DNA of 64,000 nt, taken from contig OZ024750.1 in the NCBI GenBank assembly GCA_964016885.1, positions 49,972,001-50,036,000 of the forward strand, in the 5' to 3' direction. The notes under the pieces were generated by a model, which was not told the origin of the DNA, searched no databases, and was given only the letters and a program-made list of their open reading frames with translations. Positions 26,737 to 36,614 of this stretch are shown here, in pieces. Source of the stretch: Eledone cirrhosa. Lineage: Eukaryota. Position 1 is the stretch's first letter, and every line of letters starts with the position of its first letter. The translations under genes were made by a program, and so were the position numbers.

Positions 26737-27449
26737 TGTATATATATATATGTATGGGTATATGTTTTACTTATTTTTATGCGTGTGCATACAAACAGGT
26801 CAATATGCGTGAGTGTAAGTATGTGTATGTGTGTGTGTATGTATGTACGTATCGAACGTATGGATGTGTAAATGTGCGTGTGTATATAAGCATGTATATT
26901 TTATGTCTCTCTTTTATGTTTTTTATGTTTCTTTTGTGAGACATGCGTGTCTGTGTTTGTATGTAGCACCCCCCTTTTTGTCTTTTTTTGTCTTCTTTTC
27001 TTGAGTTTTTTCCTTCTATAAAAATTTTTTTTATTTCTAATTTATTGATACATTTTTATAAGTATGTCGAGATTGACACTTTCCTTTAATTACTATACTC
27101 CCTTACCTCTTTTACTTCCGCATCTAAATGTAATTGTGTGTGGGCGTGTTTATGTGAGCGCCTCAATATTCATATACTTATGATGTATCTATTCCGTCTG
27201 TTGATTACAGACATACAGATACATTAGCCCTAAATGTTATATTTACATACACTTTTTCACTATACGTATACATATGAGCATACACATTTATGCACATCTG
27301 TGAGCGTATTTACATACATATATACACACCTAACTGTATTTTCTTGATAGATTTTTATGTATCTCAATCTTTATTTCATTGGTCTATTCAAAATCTGTTC
27401 CCAAACAGACCTATTATATTGAATTGTTGTTATTATCAATAAACAAGCA

Positions 27450-27590
27450 TCATTATTTCTGAAGACAGCATATATATGTGAAGGTATGTATATTCTCTCT
27501 GATAGTTTGTATAATTTTGTACATAGATCTTTTGAATATGCATACCAATTCTAACACATATATGTCCTAGAAACGATCGTAAAATAATGA
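27450..27590 (+). ncRNA. Type I hammerhead ribozyme with extended stem II
   Basis: TCATTATTT CTGAAGA [~104 nt, CATATATATGTG.../...CACATATATG] GAAAC GATC GTA AAATAATGA; 9-bp stem I. Confidence 0.75.
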
Positions 27591-27744
27591 ACTTTTTTTG
27601 TTTAACATAAGGAACTGTTTCTTTGTTTATTCATTATTTTTTTAATAATTTATATATATATATATATATACTTAGGTTAATAGGAGTTAGGTATTGTATA
27701 CCCGTGTCCCATTAAGGTATTGGCAGCATAATACTTATATATAT

Positions 27745-28500
27745 ATATAAACAAGAAATAGATTGACATATATATATATAAAATAAACATATGAAACAAT
27801 CACAGGGAATAATTTGTAAAGTGTGTAAGCTCACATAGCTAGGTAGTAACTAATTAAAGTTTAACTAGAACTTCAAATATAGATACCTTTTAAAATGATT
27901 AATCTCCTTTGTATATATTTCTTTAAATAAAAAATATATTTCACCATTTAATCGGTAAAAGATTTGACTACTGTGATTTATCGATTAATTAGTGAAATAT
28001 ATTTTTTATTTAAAAATATATATACAAAGGAGATTAATCATTTTAAAATGTATCTATATTTGAAGTTCTATTTAAACTTTAATTAGTTACCTACCTAGGT
28101 ATGGGAGCTTACACACTTTACAAATATATATATTTCTTTAAATAAAAAATATATTTCACCAATTAATCGGTAAATGATTTGACTACTGTGATTTACCGTT
28201 TAATTAGTGGAATATATTTTTTATTTAAAAATATATATACAAAGGAGATTAATCATTTTAAAATGTATCTATATTTGAAGTTCTAGTTAAACTTTAATTA
28301 GTTACCTACCTAGGTATGGGAGCTTACACACTTCACAAATATTCCATGCGATTGTTTCATGTGTTTATTTTATATATATATATATGTCAATCTATTTCTA
28401 GTTGATATAAAATGCTCGGATCTATTCATTGGAATCTTTGGGCTTATTCTGCAGTGGATATGGCGCATGTCCCTCAGACATGACACTCTTAATTTAATTT

Positions 28501-28502
<2 letters not shown>
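27745..28502. repeat. Fold-back element with duplicated loop and right arm
   Basis: 27745-27958 is inverted relative to 27977-28125 and 28192-28408; ~215-bp direct duplication; tail to 28502. Confidence 0.75.
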
Positions 28503-28551
<49 letters not shown>

Positions 28552-28556
<5 letters not shown>

Positions 28557-28645
28557 ATATTAATAAATGGAAACTATATTTATAAAACCATAATTGTTTT
28601 TTATATATATTTCAAGGGCGACCAAATTATGGTGCGCTTTCATCA
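28552..28645 (-). mobile_element. Single truncated arm of the 23812 family
   Basis: Homologous to 23812-23910; begins at the hammerhead core TGATGA; (TA)n on both sides. Confidence 0.65.
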
Positions 28646-28667
28646 TATATATATATATATATATATA

Positions 28668-28952
28668 TAAAGAAAAAGAGATGAAATCGAAAATGCAACT
28701 GGAGTCTTATTTTTTTTTAAAGATGTGAATGGATATTTAAGAGATGTGAGAAAAACCACAGACCCTCCATCTCAACTCACCTCTTGAAAAGCAGAAGAAC
28801 TGCGAAACCGGTAAAGGAACCAAATAAATATATATATTTAAAAAAAAAAAATAAGACTCCAGTTGCATTTTCGATTTCATCTCTTTTTCTTTATACTTTC
28901 ACTCGTGTAGGACACCTCGGTTATTTTTCATTTTGTAAAAAAACCCTCACTA

Positions 28953-28956
<4 letters not shown>
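28668..28956. mobile_element. Fold-back element in (TA)n with variant hammerhead
   Basis: ~50-bp inverted arms 28668-28720 / 28838-28894, then ~60-nt tail. Confidence 0.7.
28780..28817 (+). ncRNA. Minimal hammerhead motif, U3-A8 core
   Basis: CCTC TTGAAAA GCAG-aagaa-CTGC GAAAC CG GTA AAGG; one stem I mismatch. Confidence 0.55.
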
Positions 28957-29019
<63 letters not shown>

Positions 29020-29254
29020 ATATTTAGAAACACACAGATACATGCGGACACACACATATACATGAATGCATCCACACCCAACCGTGAGTTAAGGGTGCCA
29101 ACCTCACCGATGTTGCTCAATGAATGACTGGGACAGACCAATCCGGTTGAACCAGACTGAACCAGTATCAGAGTTAAAATTACATTATGAAGAGAGAAGA
29201 AACATTTAGATATAATTAGTAATAAAATGTATCATACCTAAACTGCTCCTAGCT

Positions 29255-29344
29255 TCCTCGACTACGTAGTTTCGTGGCATAAACAAAAACAATACATCAT
29301 AAAGATATAGAGTCCCTGCGAGGTCTGCCGACTTATCAAGAGGA
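29255..29344 (-). ncRNA. Type I hammerhead ribozyme, U3-A8 core
   Basis: Reverse complement of 29785-29874. Confidence 0.68.
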
Positions 29345-29784
29345 TACCTCATTTTACTAGTCTTAAGAACGCGTCTACACGACGTGAGAAAGAATCCCAA
29401 AAGGCGGAGGGGGAGATAGTCACGCGATATAACAGTCGAGAAACAGAGCTAAGCCTCTTATAACCCCGAAGAACATACCACAGAGTGTGTCCGCATGTAT
29501 CTGTGTGTTTCTAAATATATTGTTAATAACTCCCTCTGGTTGAGTAATCTTTGAAGTGTGGTGACTGCTGGAAAGCTGCCATTACTCATACTCCTCGCCT
29601 CCTTCACCACCTCTTCTACGGCTTCGATATGAATACCCCTCCGCCTCTGTGGTATTTTCTTCGGGGTTATAAGAGGCTTAGCTCTGTTTCTCGACCCTTA
29701 TATCGCGTGACTATCTCCCCCTCCGCCTTTAAGATTCTTTCTCACGTCGTGTAGACGCGTTCTTGAGACTAGTAGAATGAGGTA

Positions 29785-29874
29785 TCCTCTTGATAAGTCG
29801 GCAGACCTCGCAGGGACTCTATATCTTTATGATGTATTGTTTTTGTTTATGCCACGAAACTACGTAGTCGAGGA
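29785..29874 (+). ncRNA. Type I hammerhead ribozyme, U3-A8 core
   Basis: TCCTC TTGATAA GTcGGCA...TGCCAC GAAAC TACGTA GTC GAGGA. Confidence 0.7.
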
Positions 29875-29946
29875 ATCTAGGAGCAGTTTAGGTATGATAC
29901 ATTTTATTACTAATTATATCTAAATGTTTCTTCTCTCTTCATAATG

Positions 29947-29995
<49 letters not shown>

Positions 29996-29996
<1 letters not shown>

Positions 29997-30151
29997 CGAA
30001 GGAAATGTGGTAAGGAACCAGGTGGACCATAACGCACCAAAGTACTCAATACTTAGGGTAGTAGAGTGGGTAATAGGAACAAGACCCCGACGGCTGAGCT
30101 CAAGCCGTTTCGACGGCTTGAGCTCAGCCGTCGGTGTCTTACTTGTTCCTA
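29996..30151. mobile_element. Miniature fold-back element (3' half of a hammerhead plus tail)
   Basis: Hairpin 30073-30151; minus strand GAAA CGGCTTGAGCTCAGCCG TC GGG; (TA)n on both sides. Confidence 0.6.
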
Positions 30152-30152
30152 T

Positions 30153-30247
<95 letters not shown>

Positions 30248-30255
30248 TATATATA

Positions 30256-30340
<85 letters not shown>
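30150..30340. repeat. (TA)n microsatellite
   Basis: Direct reading; one of dozens of TA tracts. Confidence 0.95.
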
Positions 30341-30343
<3 letters not shown>

Positions 30344-30424
30344 GATATACCCAATTTGAAACTGGTTAGACCTTTACATAAGAGAGTACTCGATACTTGA
30401 TGTAGTAGCGTATGGCTATATTAT

Positions 30425-30614
30425 AATTGTTTCTACTTTTGGCACAAGGCCAGCAATTACCCAGTGCATTACTGGTACTTTATTTTATCGACCCCGTAAG
30501 GATGAATGGCAAAGTTAACCTCGGCGGTATTTGAACTCAGGATGGCTAGGGCCGTAACTATATTCGTCAAAGCATGGCTTCCGACCCTCTACCGATACTG
30601 CTAATCCACCGCCC
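30425..30614 (-). mobile_element. Meta-type SINE
   Basis: Full-length copy; 16-bp TSD ATGGCTATATTATAAT. Confidence 0.92.
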
Positions 30615-30778
30615 ATGGCTATATTATAATGAGTCAGCTACCGACGGGTGACTTATTGCCGTTTCTTCGAGCAAGGTTACGGAGACTGTCCGCGGGCAAT
30701 TAAATATTTATAGTCCAGTAATGTAGTACAATGATGAGTGCTGTTATATCCTACGAATATATATATATATATATATAT

Positions 30779-30904
30779 ACATTGAGCTATTTATCTTACT
30801 GGTAATAAGGTAGTAATAAATTACTGTCTTTCACTATTTAGGATTTAAAATATATATAACTATAAAAAGGTTTTAGTATATACATAACCATAAATAGTAT
30901 CCTT

Positions 30905-30912
<8 letters not shown>
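30779..30912 (+). mobile_element. Isolated 3' terminus of the PLE family at 18302 / 50662
   Basis: Reverse complement of 18302-18440; (TA)n on both sides. Confidence 0.8.
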
Positions 30913-30959
<47 letters not shown>

Positions 30960-30963
<4 letters not shown>

Positions 30964-31343
30964 ATATAAGATCAAAAGATGGTTAAAGGAGTTCCATGTA
31001 TTTTATTATGCGCATTTCAAAAACAAACATCATCATGCAATAATATTTGTGTTTTCATCAGATAAAACAGGAGAACATGATAAACATCAGATAAAACAGG
31101 AGAACTATCCACAAGTGTTTTTTAGCCTTCATATCATGTTCTCCTGTTTTATCTGTTGAAAACACAAATATTATTGCATGATGATGTTTGTTTTTGACAT
31201 GCGCATAATAAAATACATGGAACTCCTTTAACCATCTTTTGATCTTATATTATGTATACTCCAGTCCTACAAACTGTAGAGTGCTTCTTATCCGATATCT
31301 GCATTGCTTTATTGTACTACAATAAAACTCACCTCCTACATTA
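30960..31343. mobile_element. Fold-back PLE-type element in (TA)n
   Basis: ~120-bp inverted arms 30960-31082 / 31132-31253, then ~90-nt tail. Confidence 0.8.
31001..31067 (-). ncRNA. Type I hammerhead ribozyme
   Basis: TTTTAT CTGATGA AAACACAAATATTATTG.../...TGATGATGTTTGTTTTT GAAA TGCGC ATA ATAAAA; the plus-arm copy (31147-31213) has two core mutations. Confidence 0.82.
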
Positions 31344-31364
31344 TATATATATATATATATATAG

Positions 31365-31710
31365 GAAAATCCCGTCGAAGCCGCATTGGGTAAAGTATTA
31401 CCTCGAAGGTAGTAAACAGGTGTTTCAAGCGTGGTGCTAAACAGTTTAGCACTAGTAAACTGTTGCTACCACACCATCTTCAACAACAATGTACTCAAAC
31501 CTTCTTACAGAACCACACCCATATTCGCACAAATCCTTAAACACCGCCAAAATCGATTCTAAAAATTCCGCTCTGACCTCATTGAGGTGGAATCCACGCT
31601 GTGTAATTGCACTGACAAAACCCATTGTCAATTAAACAACAAATGCCGGCTACGGAAGTACGTATACAAATGCAATGCCAAGGAGGGAAAACACCATCAC
31701 CACCTACATC
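31365..31710 (+). pseudogene. PLE (Naiad-type) fragment
   Basis: FNNNVLKPSY-like segment and CNCTDKTHCQLNNKCRLRKYVYKC. Confidence 0.6.
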
Positions 31711-31716
31711 AGATAC

Positions 31717-31814
<98 letters not shown>

Positions 31815-32130
31815 TTGTATGATTGCATGAACAATACGTCAGTAGGCGGTATGCCGGTAGACCACTCGATGCTAGTGCAGAGCAGAGTATAATACTATAA
31901 GGATAAGGAACAGGATTCAGTGTTGTATCATAACATATTTAATAACATATTACATATGTTTCACTATCGATCAGCTCGAAGCAAACCTATTATAGATCGA
32001 ACGTGTCTATGTAATCAAAAGGTCGTGAGATATGCCTAGTATATAAATTCGTCACCGATTTTGTGTTCAAATCTCTATCTAACAGCTCTCTACAGCACAT
32101 ATTAGCATCATGTTATTCTATGCCCGTTCA

Positions 32131-32292
32131 TAGTCGGACACTATGCTTTGAAGCATAGAGTTACGTCCCTTTATGATCTGAGTTCAAATCCCTCCGAGGT
32201 TAACTTTGCCTTTCATCCTTACGGGGTCGATAAAATAAAGTACCAGTAATGTACTGGGTAATTCCTGGCCTTGTGCCGAAAATAGAAACAGT
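32131..32292 (+). mobile_element. 5'-truncated Meta-type SINE
   Basis: 20-bp TSD GTTATTCTATGCCCGTTCAT. Confidence 0.9.
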
Positions 32293-32549
32293 TATTCTAT
32301 GCCCGTTCATTGGTTCAATTATCCCATCATCATCAACAATCTATCCTCGGGCTGGCGGCTGTCTGTCCTCCGGCAAGCTGTCCAGTCCGTTCATGCGAGG
32401 GAGGTCGTTGGCCTGCCATTTACTGCTAGATTTAATGTTCATATGCCACAGATATCTCCACACACACACACATATATATACATATATATACACATACATT
32501 CAGACACATTCGTACACATACACAGACACACACATATACATATATAAGT

Positions 32550-33950
32550 AAACGGGTTTCGACGCGGGGAGATAGCAAGACTCAAAACACGCGGAAGCAG
32601 AACCTCCCATATCTGCACAGCGAGCGGTAGGAGAAATAGCTGTAAGGATATCGGACGGATAACAGAAAATGCGGAACAACCTAGAGAGACTGTAGGGTGA
32701 ATGACAACTTTACAGCACCAGAAACGGAAACAGATAATACCAGTAGGAAAGGATATAATGCCATCAAATCTCCACATCATAGTTTAGAAAATATACACAG
32801 AAAATCGGACCTGCATGGTAGATCTAGGAGTAGTTGAAATATGAGGATGGAAGGAACAGAAACACACGACAGGAGTAAACAGCATGGTCCTATACCCACA
32901 ACACATAGAAGACACAATAGGAGTAGATCTAAGGACGTACGTGGTTCAATGCACCGTACTCTAAACTCGTACGTACTAACATACCCGGCATATTCTTTAG
33001 GTCATTATATGAGTGTTTCCGGGCTACTCACAAATACCACAAACTTTTCAAGCGCCACACGGTAAAGTTCTCATGTTCTACTGTACCCAACATGGGTGAC
33101 TATATAGCCCAAACCAATTCAGTGAAGATGAGAAATATTGAACGTCGCAAACAACAGACGTGTGATATATCCGGCCTAGCTGGGAGGGCACTTAAAGACA
33201 CCGGCAACACATACGACCCACAATACTGTCATTAGACCCACAGTGGGCCGGGACCTGGGCAAACAGCCGACGCTAAACTTGAATGTGGAATCCACTACGC
33301 CCGCCGACCGCCATAGAGGAAGTGAAGTACATGTCGAAACGAGATCCCATCATTACATCAAGACCAGGCAATTTCACACCCGAACCTGTAACTGCCGCAA
33401 TAATACACAGTGCCTTCTCCAAGGGAAGTGCTTAACGAAGGACATCATGTATACATTTGTGGTTGAGACACACAACACAAGGACCAACTACATCGGTGCA
33501 ACATTCACGACCTTTAAGTCGAGGATGTACAACCATACGAATTCTTTCACGGACCGGGCAAAAGACACTCCACAAAACTGGGGGATTTAATCTGGTGGTT
33601 GACAGATAGTGACACGGAATACAAGCTCTACTGGAGTATAGTAAAACGTGCCGCTGCTTATTCCGCCGGTGAAGGACGGTGTAGACTATGTCTGGCAAGA
33701 GATATGGAGATAGTCAAATTATAAAATAATGCGGTCAACCTAAAATCTGAGGTCATCATGTAATGCAGGTACCAACGGAATTGTACCTTTTCTGCACTGG
33801 AATTTGCGGAAAACAGTGGAGTACACCGCATGCCGGAGCGCGTAATATAGAGGGACGTGTTCATGCGTCTCTCCTTTGGTTTACCTCACATAGCTCAGAC
33901 CGTGTCTATCTGGCGTCCGACATCTCCAGGTTAAGGACGTCATGGTAACA
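32550..33950 (+). mobile_element. PLE (Naiad-type) GIY-YIG region, degenerate
   Basis: TCNCRNNTQCLLQGKCLTKDIMY...NYIGAT...FKSRMYNHTNSF, then CRLCLA; boundaries approximate. Confidence 0.75.
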
Positions 33951-33989
33951 GAATATATACCAATATTATTAGAGTAGATTGTTTGAAGT

Positions 33990-34250
33990 GTGAAGGCGCA
34001 TGGCATTGGGCTTGCAATCAAGAGTTGTGAGTTCAATTCTCAGACCGGGTGATGTGTTGTTTCCTTGAGCAAGACACTTTAATTCCCGTTACTCCAGTTT
34101 ACTCAACTGTAGAAATGAGATGATAGGACTGGGGTCTCTGTCCTTAAAATTACCCAAGGCACCTCCAACAAGATATAACTTGGAGGAGGCAAGCTAAACC
34201 TGCATAGGGGACATTCACTCCTAGTGTTTTAAACACGTGATCGTGTCTCC
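33990..34250 (+). mobile_element. tRNA-derived CORE-type SINE
   Basis: B-box GAGTTCAATTC followed by TGTGTTGTTTCCTTGAGCAAGACACTTTA; homologous to 42040-42166. Confidence 0.7.
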
Positions 34251-34929
34251 AGGCCGATTATTTCTATTTCGATATATACATATATACATACATATACATA
34301 CATATTTAAATACATATACACATATATACATATACATACATACAATGGCGACCGTTGTGGTCAGTGTCCGATAATCGGACGTGTGTAATTACGGCTTACA
34401 TGAAGGAAACATACCATAAATTGGAAAAGGTTGAGTTACATTACACGGTAAGATTACATACAATGATTCTACATAAGTGTATGAACTGTAAGTGTGTTGT
34501 AAAACATCTATTTATATGAACGATACATACACTTATGATATATGAACGATACATACACTTTAACATATAAATGTTATATTACATTTGTAAAGAAATATGC
34601 AAGTAACGTTTTCGATTCTGAAACAAAAACATAAGTATTTGAATTGTGAATATGTTTTAGAACACTTATTTATATGAATGACACATAAACTTTAACATAT
34701 AAATACAGCGTTGTTATATTATATTACATTCATAAAGAAATATACTAAGTAACGTTTTTTGTTGTTGTTTTTTTTTTGTTCTCGATTCAAATGAATCAAG
34801 AACAACGTTTAAAATAAAGTTGTATAATTAAAAACTAACTGAAAAGAAATATTACCCAAGCTGGGAATAACTTTAAATTTGATTCTGACAGAACTATGTC
34901 GAAACATTTAAAGAAGATCATCGACTATT

Positions 34930-36614
34930 CTGAAAAATAAATACAAAATATTAATGAAGAGACGAACTCATCATGGCAAAACGTACAAGTCTCCTTCGAC
35001 CAAATCGCAACTACAACCGATGTATACAGTGGAGCTACGAGCTTAACACAGAATTATATGAAGCATACAAACAATCTGAACCCCAAAAGTTCGGTTTTAT
35101 GCAAAGGCTAAACACTTTATGGAACTCCAAACACCCAGAATTAGACTTTTCTCCAAAGCATTTAAATGAACGGGCAAAACGTATCATTAGATGTAAATTG
35201 ATACATCTAACGGAATTGAGTGATACTACAAATACAGCCCTTGTAGACAACCACCCCACCTCCACTGACAGACAAAGAGAATGGCCAGCTAAATCTAACA
35301 GTGAACAGCTCACCAACAATGTTGCTGAAATCCATCCCACTTCCAGTGAAGAACAGCGAGAATGGTCAGCTAACTCTAGTAGTAAGTGTCACCACATCAA
35401 CAACGAGGCTGAAATTCATGACTCTACTGTACAAACAGAACACCAAAAACTTGTGGACACCTTACAAGTGATATGGGATGATATGTTTCAAGAGATACAC
35501 TTAATGTGAGTGAAAGACCATACAACACCAGAATCAGTAAAGAACCCACTAAATTGGAATTGAAAGCTGTGAACGAAATAGCTGACAATTATCTGAAGGC
35601 TATACGATCTAAAGATGTAGAAACGACATTTGAAACGCTTAACATTTTGTTATATGTTTCAGCTGTCACATTGCTATCATATAACACACATCTAAAACCA
35701 CGCAATCAAGATACAAACAAAAAGCCTGAACCAGCGTGGATGCGAAATATAAAAAGCAAAATATTGTCCCTGAGACAAAGTCTCTCACACATCGCAGTCA
35801 TTATGAAATGCAACATAGAGAGCAATTTCACACGACACCAGGAAGACCTAAAGAAAACATTAGAGAGACGATTTGGATATAAAAAATTTAAAACTTTAAA
35901 CTCCAAATTATACCAGTTGAAACAACAACTCACAGCTACAACAGAAAGACTAAAATATAAGTCAACAGCACATAAACGACAAGTGCTAAATAGATTGTTT
36001 GCCAGAGATCCTAAATCAGTTTATCGCAGCTTCGGTGGCAAAAGCTCAATCTCTGTAAATGACATCCCTTCAGAAGAACAGGTTGAGAGCTACTGGAGAT
36101 ATGTATGGGAAACGGATGACGGATTCAACAGACAAACTAAATGGCTAAAATAACTGGAACAGGACTACTGCCAACATGTCCAGACAAAGCAATATGACAT
36201 AGATGGGTGAATCCTGGAAACTGCTCTACAGAAAATGTCGAAAAGGAAATCACCAGGCCCAGACCTCATTACAGGATACTGGTCGAAGAATTTCACTTTC
36301 TACGCCTGTTTACAGAAACCATTAAAGGCACACAAGAACTGCCTAGATGTTTATCAACTGCCACTATTGTCCTCATTCCCCAAAATAGCCAAACCAGCCT
36401 TGCTATAAATTACTGCCCAATAGCCTGCCAAATCATCATGTATAAATTATATACTGGTTGCCTTAACCTGTTCTTACAGGATCACTGTGCTACCAACAAC
36501 ATTATAACACCTGAGCAAGCTGGTGGAAAGAGGGAGGTGTGGGGTTGCATAGATCACCTACTAACTTATAAAATGATTCAAGAAAAAACAACAAAGAATC
36601 GCAGAAACATGACT
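34930..36614 (+). mobile_element. R4/Dong-like LINE, 5' half
   Basis: WSYELNTELY...RLNTLWNSKHPEL and CPIACQIIMYKLYTGCLNLFLQDHC...EQAGGKREVWGCIDHLL, homologous to 9796-11520. Confidence 0.85.

Larger units (their letters stand above)
24243..27652. mobile_element. Large fold-back PLE-type element, interrupted by microsatellites and an RTE derivative
   Basis: ~620-bp near-identical inverted arms (24377-25000 / 27032-27652); tail only on the left arm. Confidence 0.75.
29015..29950. mobile_element. Compound fold-back element with two interleaved inverted repeats
   Basis: 29015-29053 / 29485-29523 and 29179-29485 / 29645-29950; (TA)n on both sides. Confidence 0.8.

Noticed and set aside
34350-34930. 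Local direct repeats upstream of the second Dong-like element
   Set aside because: Cannot be assigned; may be 5' UTR or an old repeat, with no diagnostic ends.
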